Part shown: positions 47,825 to 57,900 of the stretch, one piece after another | Layout of the letters: each line of letters opens with the position of its first letter | Numbering within the stretch: the stretch's first letter is position 1 | Origin: Lysobacterales bacterium | GTDB taxonomy: Bacteria; Pseudomonadota; Gammaproteobacteria; Xanthomonadales; SZUA-5 | NCBI GenBank assembly: GCA_022844165.1 | Contig: JALHMH010000024.1 | Span: 11,157-75,156, forward strand | DNA: 64,000 nucleotides | Direction: 5' to 3' | The notes under the pieces: model-generated | Told to the model about the DNA's origin: nothing | The model's database searches: none | Seen by the model: only the letters and a program-made list of their open reading frames with translations | Made by a program: the position numbers and the translations under genes

Positions 47825-49036
47825 TCACCAATTCCACATTGTCCCATCGCGCAAACGCGCGACGGGCAGATAAGCCGCTTGATACGGATAGCGTGCCGCT
47901 AGCGTCTCGTCGATCTCGACGCCATGGCCGGGCGTTTCGCCTGGATGCAAGTAACCAGTGTCGAAGCTGTAGGCGTGCGGGAACACGGCGTCGGTCTCGG
48001 GCGAGTGGCGCATGTATTCCTGGATGCCGAAATTTGGCACCCAAAGATCGAAATGCAGCGCACAGCCCATCGTGATCGGAGACAGATCGGTGGCGCCATG
48101 GCACCCGGTGCGCACGTGGTACAGCGCGGCCAGATCAGCGATGCGGCGCAGGTGCGTAATGCCGCCAGCGTGCAAGACGGTGGAGCGAATGTAATCGATC
48201 AGTTGCTCTTTGATGAGCTGATGACTGTCGTGAATCGAGTCGAAAACCTCGCCGATGGCGATCGGCGTCACCGTGTGCTGGCGAATCAGGCGCAGCGATT
48301 CCTGATTCTCTGCCGGCGTCGGATCCTCGATCCAGAACAGTCGATAAGGCTCAAGCGACTTCCCGAGGCGCGCCGCTTCGATTGGCGTCAGGCGATGATG
48401 CACGTCGTGCAGCAGCTCGACGCCGAAGCCGAATTTCTCGCGCAGTTTGTCGAATAGTACCGGTGTGTGGTCGAGATACTCCGGGGTGCTCCAGAGGGCT
48501 TCTTTGGCCACTGCGCCGCGATCGGCCGGTTCGTAGAAAAGTTTACCCTTGCCGACGCCGTACACTTCCTCCAGCCCGGGGACGCCGCTCTGCGCGCGAA
48601 TCGCTCGATAGCCCATTGCCTGGTATCTGGCGATCTCATCGATCACTTCTGCCGTGTCGCGGCCATTGGCATGTCCGTACACCAACACCCCAGTGCGCGA
48701 GGCGCCGCCGAGCAGTTGATACAGCGGCATTCCGGCCAGCTTGGCCTTGATGTCCCATAGCGCCATGTCCACGGCAGCAATACAAGTCATCGTCACCGAG
48801 CCTCGCCGCCAGTAAACGCCGCGATACAGGTATTGCCAGATGTCTTCGCTCTGCCGCGGATCGCGACCGATCAGCGCCGGAATCACGTGTTCCGCCAGAT
48901 AAGTCGCTGCCGCCAGCTCGCGGCCGTTGATCGTGGCATCGCCAATTCCGCTGATGCCCTGATCGGTTTCGATTTTCAACGTGACGAAGTTCCGTCCCGG
49001 ACACGTGACAATGACTTTGGCGCCGGTGATTTTCAT
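47825..49036 (-). CDS. manD: D-mannonate dehydratase ManD (RspA family, enolase superfamily)
   Basis: [62 protein letters not shown]. Confidence 0.95.
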   Translation of the reverse strand: MKITGAKVIVTCPGRNFVTLKIETDQGISGIGDATINGRELAAATYLAEHVIPALIGRDPRQSEDIWQYLYRGVYWRRGSVTMTCIAAVDMALWDIKAKLAGMPLYQLLGGASRTGVLVYGHANGRDTAEVIDEIARYQAMGYRAIRAQSGVPGLEEVYGVGKGKLFYEPADRGAVAKEALWSTPEYLDHTPVLFDKLREKFGFGVELLHDVHHRLTPIEAARLGKSLEPYRLFWIEDPTPAENQESLRLIRQHTVTPIAIGEVFDSIHDSHQLIKEQLIDYIRSTVLHAGGITHLRRIADLAALYHVRTGCHGATDLSPITMGCALHFDLWVPNFGIQEYMRHSPETDAVFPHAYSFDTGYLHPGETPGHGVEIDETLAARYPYQAAYLPVARLRDGTMWNW

Positions 49037-49062
49037 CGCGCTGCTCCCGTGGCTGCGGTCAA

Positions 49063-49192
49063 GCGGGGAACGGGGCACGGGGCACGGGGCACGGGGCAAA
49101 GCGATCGGACTGTCCCGGAACTGCCCGCTTTGGAAAGAAAGACGCTGCTCGGACCACGACCAGTCGATCGTGCGCCGTGCCACGTTCCGGCC
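49063..49192. repeat. GGGCACG-heptamer element in the manD leader
   Basis: GCGGGGAACGGGGCACGGGGCACGGGGCACGGGGC with degenerate inverted arm GTGCGCCGTGCCACGTTCCG. Confidence 0.7.
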
Positions 49193-49313
49193 GCCGAGCG
49201 CAGCTCGGCGGCGCTTCGCGAATCGCGAGCTGCGCTCGCAAGCAATTCGCTTCGCCCCCGCGCCTCGCCACCATTAACCTCGCTATTGACGCCCACTCAG
49301 TCCCCCTTCACGC

Positions 49314-49356
49314 TTGCCAAGCCACAACGTGAAGGATCATAATTGGTATGTCCAAT
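49314..49356 (+). promoter_or_regulatory. candidate sigma70 promoter TTGCCA-N18-CATAAT overlapped by GntR-type operator AATTGGTATGTCCAAT
   Basis: operator resembles the 33278-33290 box; located in the divergent manD/gntR region. Confidence 0.62.
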
Positions 49357-50118
49357 GAGAATCAACTGGTAAGACATATGCGGCCGAAACGGCTTTACGA
49401 GCAGATCGCGGAGCAGCTGGCCGGTGCCATCGCCCAAGGTGAGTATGCGATCGGCGCGCGTTTGCCAGCCGAACGTGAGCTGGCGGAGCGCTTTGGTGTT
49501 GGCAGACCAACTGTGCGCGAAGCGCTGCTGATGTTGGAACTTGATGGCCTTGTGGATATTCGCACCGGCTCCGGCGTGTATGTCGTGGAGACGCGACCCA
49601 AGCGGGCCCGGGCGCTGGAGGGCGACATCAACATGCTGGCGCTGATCGAGGCGCGATGTTTGTTCGAGGGCGAGGCTGCGGCGCTGGCGGCGAAATTGGC
49701 AACGCCGACACAGTTGACCAGCATTCGTGCTGCACTGACGGCGATGGAGGAAGAAGAACGCCTTGGCGTCCCTGGCGAGCAGGCTGATCGCGAATTCCAC
49801 GTACAAATCGCTCGCGCCACGCAAAACCCGGCCATTGTTTATGTCGTTGAGTCGTTATGGGATGCGCGCAGCGGATCGACTCAAGTTGCGCGTACGCTGG
49901 AGAAAGTACGCGCAGCGGGGATACGCCCGCGGATCAACGAGCACTCGGCGGTGCTCGAAGCCATTGAGGGTCGGGATCCCGATGCCGCGCGCGAAGCGAT
50001 GCGCTCGCACTTGATGCGCGTCATCGACGACTTGATCAAGGCGGAGCAGGCGGAGGAGCTGGCTGCCATGCAAGCGCGGATCGACGAGCAGCGGCGGCGT
50101 TACGGAGTTCTGCGGTGA
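49348..50118 (+). CDS. GntR/FadR family regulator (UxuR/ExuR-like)
   Basis: RLYEQIA, RLPAERELAERFGVGRPTVREAL, FCD domain with D.EFH..IA and EH; start may be ATG 49378. Confidence 0.93.
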   Translation: MSNENQLVRHMRPKRLYEQIAEQLAGAIAQGEYAIGARLPAERELAERFGVGRPTVREALLMLELDGLVDIRTGSGVYVVETRPKRARALEGDINMLALIEARCLFEGEAAALAAKLATPTQLTSIRAALTAMEEEERLGVPGEQADREFHVQIARATQNPAIVYVVESLWDARSGSTQVARTLEKVRAAGIRPRINEHSAVLEAIEGRDPDAAREAMRSHLMRVIDDLIKAEQAEELAAMQARIDEQRRRYGVLR

Positions 50119-50290
50119 TTTCAGCGCGCGGTTTCTTGCAAAGACACGCAAGGTTGGTGCCGATAACGTGTGGTTTCAGCAGCGCCGTGCACCCTGGCCG
50201 AGCGCCGCTCGGAACCGATGAAACGTCGCGCCGCAGGTTGGCAGACGTATGTGAGAACAGGCAAGCGTCGTCAGTTGACACGACATTGAT

Positions 50291-50328
50291 GGGAATAGAC
50301 AAAAGCGTCGCGCGATAGCGCGACCCAC
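50291..50328. repeat. single GTGG-type REP arm
   Basis: GGGAATAGACAAAAGCGTCGCGCGATAGCGCGACCCAC matches the right arm of 38897-39027. Confidence 0.8.
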
Positions 50329-50340
50329 GAGGGCAAATAC

Positions 50341-51765
50341 ATGAACCACCCAGATCGCCTGCTTCCTGCTGGTCCAGCGAGGACTTTGGCGCGCGCACTC
50401 TACGACACCGTCAAAGACGCGCCGATTGTGAGTCCGCATGGGCATACAGACCCGGCGTGGTTTGCGAGCGATGCGCCGTTCGCGAATGCAACGACGCTGT
50501 TGATCCAGCCCGATCACTATGCGTATCGGATGTTGTATTCGCAAGGCATCGCACTCGAAGATCTGGGCATCGGCGTGGCGCCGCACGAGCTCTCGGACAC
50601 TCGTGCGCGCGAAATCTGGCGAACCTTTGCTGCGAACTATTTTTTGTTTCGCGCCACACCCTCGCGCATCTGGTTCGACCACGTCTTCGCCGCGGTGTTC
50701 GGTTTGTCCGAGCGCCTGTGTGCGCACAATGCCGATGTTTTTTTCGACCATATCAACGCGGCCTTGGCGACTCCGGCCTACCGCCCGCGCGCGCTGCTGG
50801 ATCGCTTCAACATCGAGTGCATCGCGACCACCGAATCGCCGCTCGACAGTCTGGAGCATCACGCGCGCTTGCAGTCCGATGGCTGGGGTCAGCGCGTCAT
50901 CACCGCGTACCGCCCGGACCCGGTCGTCGACCCGGAATTCGAAGGGTTCGCGCATCACCTCAAACGTTTCGCCGAACTGACCGGCGAAGACACACAAAGC
51001 TGGTCCGGATACCTTGCCGCCCACCGCAAACGGCGAGCCTTTTTTAAGGCACACGGCGCAACCAGCAGCGATCACGGCCATCCCACGGCGGCGACGCTGA
51101 ATTTGTCTTCCACAGAGGCGCAAGCTTTGTTTGAACGCGTTCGCGGCGGTGCCGCCGGCGACTTGGACGCAGAGGCCTTCCGTGCACAAATGCTCACCGA
51201 GATGGCGCGCATGAGCCTCGATGATGGGCTCGTGCTGCAAATCCATCCGGGCAGTTTTCGCAACCACAATGCGCGGGTGTTCGAACGCTTCGGGCGCGAC
51301 AAAGGCGCGGACATTCCAATGCGCACCGACTACGTGCGCGCGCTCAAACCTCTGCTCGATGCGTTTGGCAACGAGCGAGGCTTGAGCGTCATCTTGTTTA
51401 CGCTAGACGAGAGCACCTATGCGCGCGAGTTGGCGCCACTCGCCGGTCACTATCCTTGTTTGAAACTCGGTCCGGCATGGTGGTTCCACGACAGCCCGGA
51501 GGGCATGCGTCGCTTCCGCCGCAACGTCACAGAAACCGCCGGCTTGTACAACACGGTCGGATTCAACGACGACACGCGCGCTTTTTTCTCGATTCCAGCG
51601 CGGCACGATGTGGCTCGCCGTATCGATTGCGGATTCCTGGCGGAACTGGTGATCGAGCATCGAATCGACGAAGACGAGGCCTTCGAGCTGGCGCAGGATC
51701 TGGCGCATCGATTGGCACGCGAAGCGTATCGCTTGCCAAAATCCGAGGCGACACGCCATGGCTGA
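50341..51765 (+). CDS. uxaC: glucuronate isomerase
   Basis: SPHGHTDP, PDHY..RML.SQG, SDHGH, WWFHDS, GFNDDTRAF.SIPARHD. Confidence 0.96.
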   Translation: MNHPDRLLPAGPARTLARALYDTVKDAPIVSPHGHTDPAWFASDAPFANATTLLIQPDHYAYRMLYSQGIALEDLGIGVAPHELSDTRAREIWRTFAANYFLFRATPSRIWFDHVFAAVFGLSERLCAHNADVFFDHINAALATPAYRPRALLDRFNIECIATTESPLDSLEHHARLQSDGWGQRVITAYRPDPVVDPEFEGFAHHLKRFAELTGEDTQSWSGYLAAHRKRRAFFKAHGATSSDHGHPTAATLNLSSTEAQALFERVRGGAAGDLDAEAFRAQMLTEMARMSLDDGLVLQIHPGSFRNHNARVFERFGRDKGADIPMRTDYVRALKPLLDAFGNERGLSVILFTLDESTYARELAPLAGHYPCLKLGPAWWFHDSPEGMRRFRRNVTETAGLYNTVGFNDDTRAFFSIPARHDVARRIDCGFLAELVIEHRIDEDEAFELAQDLAHRLAREAYRLPKSEATRHG

Positions 51766-53233
51766 AGTGATGCGCCTGGACGTCGATACGCTGAGTCAGC
51801 CGCCCGCAGGCGTGATCTTGCCTGCCTACGCTCGCCAACCCGCTTTGGACCGCGGTGGCGTCGTGCATCTTGGGCTCGGTGCATTTCATCGCGCTCATCA
51901 GGCGCAGTACTTCGACGATTTGCTGGGCGCCGGCCACGATGGATTTGCGGTCACTGGTATCGCCTTGCAGAAGTTCGATGTGCCGCAGCAGCTGAATCCT
52001 CAGGACGGACTCTACAGCGTTCTGAGTCTGTCGAATGACGAACCTTCTGTGCGTGTGATCGGCTGCATTGAACGTGTGCTGCACGCGCCCAGTCAACGTG
52101 CAGCGGTATTGGCGCGGATGGCCGATCCGCGGACTTGGCTGATCACGCTGACGATCACCGAAAAGGGTTATTGCCACCACCCGAGCAGCGGCGCGCTGAA
52201 TCGCGAGCATCCGGATATCGCCCATGATCTGGCGAATGCCGATCGGCCCAAGAGCGCGCTCGGGTTGCTGTGCGCAGCGCTGGATCTGCGACGCCGTGCC
52301 GGCGAGTTGGCGCCGGTCGTGCTGTGTTGCGACAACCTGCCGAACAACGGCCGTGTGTTGCGTGGTCTGGTGCTGAGTTTGAGCGAGACAAATCCCGCAT
52401 TGCATGATTGGATCGCACAACAAGTCAGCTTCCCGTGCACAATGGTTGATCGCATCGTTCCGGCCACTACCGTTGCGGATTTCGAGTACGTCCGCGAACG
52501 ATTTGGTTATGCCGATGCGGGTCTGGTCAAAGCCGAACCGTTTTCGCAGTGGGTGATCGAAGCGTGCGACCAGCGGCTGGTGCCGCTGGCGAAGGTTGGC
52601 GCGATGTTGGTCGACGACGTCGCGCCGTTCGAGCTGATGAAGCTGCGTCTGCTCAATGGCAGCCACTCGCTGCTCGCTTATTTGGGCTACCTTGCCGGGC
52701 ATCAGACGGTCAGCGATGCGATGGCCGCACCGGGATTCGGCGCGCTGATCGACTCCTTCATGCGCGATGAAGTTGCGCCAACCCTGGCGCCGCCGGCGGG
52801 TTTCGATCTGGCTGGATATGCGAGCGACTTGCGTGCCCGTTTTCGCAATCGAGCCCTCGCGCATCGCACCTGGCAAATCGCCATGGACGGATCGCAGAAG
52901 ATCCCACAGCGTTGGCTTGGGACTTTGCATGCCAGGCTGGCCTCGGGCTCGTCGTTTGCGCGGCTCGCACTGGGATTGGCGGCTTGGATGCAATACGTCA
53001 CCGGGCGCGATCTCAAGGGCGAGCCGATCGAAGTGTGCGATCCGCTCGCAGCGCGTTGTGCGGAACTGGCTGCGGCGCACGCCAATGCCGCCAGTTACGT
53101 GCAGGCGATGTTATCGCTGCGCGACGTGTTTCCGGCGGCTGTCGACACGCCAGCGGTCGGTGCCGCCGTCGCCGCCGCACTCGAGAAGTTACGTGCGCGC
53201 GGCGTGTCCGCATGCGTGGGAGACTTGCAATGA
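51758..53233 (+). CDS. uxuB: mannitol dehydrogenase family D-mannonate oxidoreductase (fructuronate reductase)
   Basis: VHLGLGAFHRAHQA, LTITEKGY, CDNL..NG, MVDRIVP, KLRLLNGSH, QIAMDGSQK. Confidence 0.88.
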   Translation: MAEVMRLDVDTLSQPPAGVILPAYARQPALDRGGVVHLGLGAFHRAHQAQYFDDLLGAGHDGFAVTGIALQKFDVPQQLNPQDGLYSVLSLSNDEPSVRVIGCIERVLHAPSQRAAVLARMADPRTWLITLTITEKGYCHHPSSGALNREHPDIAHDLANADRPKSALGLLCAALDLRRRAGELAPVVLCCDNLPNNGRVLRGLVLSLSETNPALHDWIAQQVSFPCTMVDRIVPATTVADFEYVRERFGYADAGLVKAEPFSQWVIEACDQRLVPLAKVGAMLVDDVAPFELMKLRLLNGSHSLLAYLGYLAGHQTVSDAMAAPGFGALIDSFMRDEVAPTLAPPAGFDLAGYASDLRARFRNRALAHRTWQIAMDGSQKIPQRWLGTLHARLASGSSFARLALGLAAWMQYVTGRDLKGEPIEVCDPLAARCAELAAAHANAASYVQAMLSLRDVFPAAVDTPAVGAAVAAALEKLRARGVSACVGDLQ

Positions 53234-54729
53234 ACGCTCTGACGTTGAACGCGCTCGATAGCGTAGTGGTCGCGCTGAAGGACTTGTTGCCGGGCGAGAA
53301 GGTCGAGGACATCGCGCTGCTTGAGCCGATTCCGCGTGGCCATAAACTGGCGCGGCGCGCGATCCTCTCCGGCGAAACGATCTTGAAATACGGATTGCCG
53401 ATCGGGACCGCGGGCGCCGATATCGCAGCTGGCGCACACGTACACGTCCACAACGTGCGCTTCGACGCTGGGCTTGAGCGCAGCAGCATCGCCCCCGTCG
53501 GCTTTTCGCTTGATCGTTTTGCGGCACTTCGTGCGCGCCGCTTTCGCGGTTACCAGCGGGAGAACGGCGATGTCGGTACGCGCAACTATGTTGGCATTTT
53601 GACCACCGTCAATTGTTCTGCCACCGTCGCCAAACAGATTGCGCGACGTTCGGAAGATGTCTCGGCGTATCCCAATGTCGATGGCGTGATCGCGCTCACA
53701 CACACCAGCGGCTGCGGTATGGCGCATGTGGGCGAGGGCATCGAGATCTTGCAGCGCACCCTTGGCGGATACGCGCGCCAGCCGAATTTCGGTGCCGTGC
53801 TGTTGATCGGTCTTGGATGCGAGGTTAACCAGAGCGATCGTCTGTTGCGCGAGCAGAATCTGGTGCCAGGTTCGCGTCTGCGCACATTGTCGATCCAAGA
53901 CGCTGGAGGTACTGCGAGTGCCATCGAAAAAGGCATCGAGCTGGTTCGCGAGTTGCTCCAAATCGCCAACAGTGATCGACGCGTCGACGTGCCGGTCGGA
54001 GCGTTGAAGCTGGCGCTGCAATGCGGAGGCTCCGATGGCTGGAGCGGGATGACCGCCAACCCGGCGCTGGGCGCGGCGGCCGATCGTTTGGTGGCCGCTG
54101 GTGGCAGCGTGGTGCTGTCCGAGACGCCGGAAATCTATGGCGCCGAAAGCCTGCTGCTGGCGCGCGCCATCAGCCCTGATGTTCAGGAAAAGCTGCTCGA
54201 GCGACTGCAGTGGTGGGAGGGCTACGCCGCCAAACACAACACCGACCTCAATAACAATCCCTCCCCCGGCAACATCGCCGGCGGGCTGACGACGATTCTC
54301 GAAAAGTCTCTGGGCGCTGTTGCGAAGGGCGGCACAGCGCCGCTGGTCGATGTGCTGCTTTACGGCGAGCGCATTGGCGCTGGCTTCCAGTTCATGGACA
54401 CACCGGGTTACGACCCCTGCAGCGCGACCGGCCAGATCGCCGGTGGCGCGAATCTGATGGCGTTCACGACCGGCCGCGGCGCGGTGTTCGGCGCCAAGCC
54501 TGTGCCGAGCATCAAGCTCTCCAGCAACTCGGCTTTGGCGGTTCGCCAGTCTGAAGATATCGATCTGGATTGTGGCGATATCGCCTACGGCGTGCGCAGC
54601 GTTGATGAGCTCGGCGCGGAAATTTTCGAGCGGCTGTTGCGCATTGCGTCAGGCGAAAAAACCGCCAGCGAGCGATTGGGATTTGGCGAGGCGGAGTTTG
54701 TGCCTTGGGTGATTGGGGCGGTGATGTAG
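53230..54729 (+). CDS. uxaA: UxaA/GarD family dehydratase with N-terminal SAF domain
   Basis: IPRGHKLA, GTRNY, TH.SGCG, LGCEVNQ, CGGSD..SG.TANP, NNPSPGN..GGLTT, FTTGRG; ATGA overlap with uxuB. Confidence 0.85.
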   Translation: MNALTLNALDSVVVALKDLLPGEKVEDIALLEPIPRGHKLARRAILSGETILKYGLPIGTAGADIAAGAHVHVHNVRFDAGLERSSIAPVGFSLDRFAALRARRFRGYQRENGDVGTRNYVGILTTVNCSATVAKQIARRSEDVSAYPNVDGVIALTHTSGCGMAHVGEGIEILQRTLGGYARQPNFGAVLLIGLGCEVNQSDRLLREQNLVPGSRLRTLSIQDAGGTASAIEKGIELVRELLQIANSDRRVDVPVGALKLALQCGGSDGWSGMTANPALGAAADRLVAAGGSVVLSETPEIYGAESLLLARAISPDVQEKLLERLQWWEGYAAKHNTDLNNNPSPGNIAGGLTTILEKSLGAVAKGGTAPLVDVLLYGERIGAGFQFMDTPGYDPCSATGQIAGGANLMAFTTGRGAVFGAKPVPSIKLSSNSALAVRQSEDIDLDCGDIAYGVRSVDELGAEIFERLLRIASGEKTASERLGFGEAEFVPWVIGAVM

Positions 54730-54772
54730 TGCAATTGTTGGGTTGTCGTTGTCGATTGTCTGCGTTTACCTT

Positions 54773-54946
54773 CTAGCCAGGCTTCGCCTCAGACCGCCGA
54801 GCATTGTTGGCTTCGCTCGGCAGCGTACTTGCCACAATCTCGCGCGCTTCGCGCGCGCCCCCTTGACTCAAGGGAGCTTCAAGAGCCAACGCCGCTTCGA
54901 AGAAACAGACTCATTTGTCCAGATCCCGCTCCGTCAAGGACTCTAG
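54773..54946. repeat. MITE-like family A, internally deleted copy (reverse orientation)
   Basis: CTAGCCAGGCTTCGCCTCAGACCGCCGAG ... GATCCCGCTCCGTCAAGGACTCTAG aligns to the reverse complement of 6659-6914. Confidence 0.85.
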
Positions 54947-54966
54947 TGAAAATGGTGAGAGATAAG

Positions 54967-57900
54967 ATGATTCAAGAGCGAGGGCACGAGGGCACGAGGG
55001 CACGAGTTCAGGTGCGCTCCGAGGCGGTTGTGCTGTTTGGACAGAATCGGCGCATGTCGATGCGATCGAGCGACTGTCGAAGCACATTGCGCTTGCCCCC
55101 GTGCCCTCGTGCCCTCGTGCCCTCGCGCTTTGGTGAGAGCTTAAGGACATCGGCCAGACTGGTCGCGATGTTCTTGCTCGCAGTTTGTTGGTCGGCAAGC
55201 GGTGCTCAGGTCCCCGCCGAATCCGTCCACAACACAATCGTCGATCAAGCCCGCTATGCTTCCCGCGTTGCGCTGGATGAAAACGGTGCTGCGCGTGGCG
55301 ACTTCGATTTGGTGCGGGGTACCTGGCAGCCATACGAGACCGCCTGGCACACCGGTCAACTAGTGCTCGGGCTGCTCGCCGCGTATGAGCGCACCGGCGA
55401 GACGGAGTTTCTCGATGCCGCACAGCGCGGCGGCGAATGGTGGATGGCTCAGGAGATCAAAGACGGGCCGCTCAAGGGCATGCTCAATGCGGCGCACGGA
55501 GACCGATTGGGGCCGCTGATCAACTTCACCACGTTGTCGGATGGCTCCGCCGGTTTGTACGCCCTTACGGCCGTCACGGGAAACCGAGCCTATGCAGATG
55601 TCGCCACCCGCGCGGCGCGCTTCACGCTGGAGAGAATGTATTTGCCTGAGAGCGGTCTGATCTACAACATCCTGGATCCCAGCGACGGCAGCCTCTGGAC
55701 CGATCGTTCCCCGCACCATGCGACGCGCCCGGCATCGCTGTATCAGGTTGCGCGGCCCAACATCGAAGGCAGCTTGTATCTCGACGCCTATGCGCACAGC
55801 CAGCAGGCCGATTTCCGCCAAGCATTCCTGCGCACGCTCGATAGCGCAGTCGAGCGTCAGCACGCTAACGGATTTTGGATGGATTTCGAACCGAACGATC
55901 CGGCACGTGGACAAGTCCATCCGCGCTTCAATCTCTGGTATGCCGAAGCGCTGTTGCGCGGTTATGACTTCACTGAAGAGCAGCGTTATCTCGACGCGGC
56001 TCTAAAGACACTGCGCGCAACGCAGCGATTGATCGACGCCAGCGGCGCGATGCACTACGACAACCTCGATGTGCGCTACGCCGAGGACGCCGCTGAGGCG
56101 AAGCTGTCGGATGCAACGGACTACGCCATTCGGCGCGAGTCGATCACGGGCTCGGCGAGTGCTTTCGCCGGGCTGCTAATGCTCGAAGCGAAGCGATTGA
56201 CCCAAACCGCCGAGTTCGACGCCGATATCGAAGCGATTGCGGGGTGGCTGATCGCCCATCGTTATCCGTCAGACCATGCCAACCCGCAACTCGCCGGTTC
56301 GGCCCTGGAGATTCGCCGCCGCAACGCCGGTCACCAGATCGAGCTGCGCGCCAGGCCCATCGCCACGGCGTTTTCTTTGCGTTTTCTGGCGGCGTACGCG
56401 CAAGCGCACGCGCATCCGAAACCTGGCGCCGAAGTCGGTTTTGCTCTGCCACTGACACAACTCGATTCGCGCCGCACGCAGCGCCTCGACGGCACTTGGA
56501 AATACATCGTCGATCCGTATCAGATCGCGCTCAACAAACCTCGTCCACCGCGCCGATCCTTGCATCTGGATGAGCGCGCCGACGCGTCGGAAAACCCGTT
56601 GATCGAGTACGAATGGGATAGCGCAAGAGAGATCGAAGTGCCCAGCGACTGGAACACCGCCGTGCCGGCGCTGGCGTGGTACGAAGGCATGCTCTGGTAT
56701 CGCACGACCTTTGAAGCCGAAAGACGCAGCGGCGAACGTCAGTTCTTGTATTTCGAGGGTGCCAATTATTTGACACGGGTCTGGCTCAACGGCCAACCGC
56801 TCGGTGAGCATGAGGGCGGCTTTACGCCTTTCCAGTTCGAGGCGACGGCGTACTTGCGCGAAGGCAAGAATTCGCTGGTGGTTGCGGTGGACTCCACACG
56901 GCGTAAGACCGGCATTCCCAGCCTGGATTTCGATTGGTTCAACTACGGCGGGCTGACGCGCTCGGTGCATTTGGTGCATGTACCCGATACCTTCATCGCA
57001 ACGTTGCGCGTTGCAATGACGGGCGAGCAGCGCGGGACGGGTGGCGAGCTCATGGCTCGCGTGGAAGGGCCGTCCAAAGCGGGCGCCAGGCTGCGCTTTG
57101 CGATACCGGAACTGAAGATCGCAGTCGATGCGGTCGCCGACGAAGCGGGCATCGCACGCACGAAGGTGAAATTGCCTCGCGCGACGCGCTGGTCACCGGG
57201 ATCGCCGCGACTCTATGAAGTGCAAGCTGCGCTCGGCGATCACGTCGTCCGTGACCGCGTTGGCCTGCGAACGATCGCCGTGTGCGGCAACGATCTTTGT
57301 CTGAACGGCGAGAAAGTCTTCCTGCGCGGCATCAGCGTGCACGAAGAGCGATTGGGTTCAGGCGGCGGACGTGTGCGCAACACAACCGAGGCCCGCGCGC
57401 TGCTCGAAAAATCCAAGGCGCTGGGCGCCAACTTCGTGCGGCTCGCGCACTATCCGCATAGCGAGGCGATGGTGCGCGCTGCAGACGAAATGGGTCTGAT
57501 GGTCTGGAGCGAAATCCCGGTGTATTGGGATGAAGTGCAGTACGCAAATCCCGACACACTCGCGCTGGCGCGGCGTATGCAGGCGGTCAATATCGATCGC
57601 GATTACAACCGGGCGAGTGTGATTTTGTGGAGTGTTGCCAACGAGACCTCAATCACGCCCGCGCGGAACGCCTTCTTGCGGCGCCTGATCGCCGATGCGC
57701 GCGGCCAGGATGGCACGCGACCGATCACCGCCGCGCTCAACAAAGCGCAGCAGGTCGGCAACGAAATCCGCGTCGCCGATCCGCTCGGCGCCGATCTCGA
57801 CGTCATCGCGGTCAATCAATACGAGGGCTGGTACGGCGCACGCTCACCGGCCGATATCCCGTCGCTGACCTTCGCATCGAACTACGACAAACCCTTCGTC

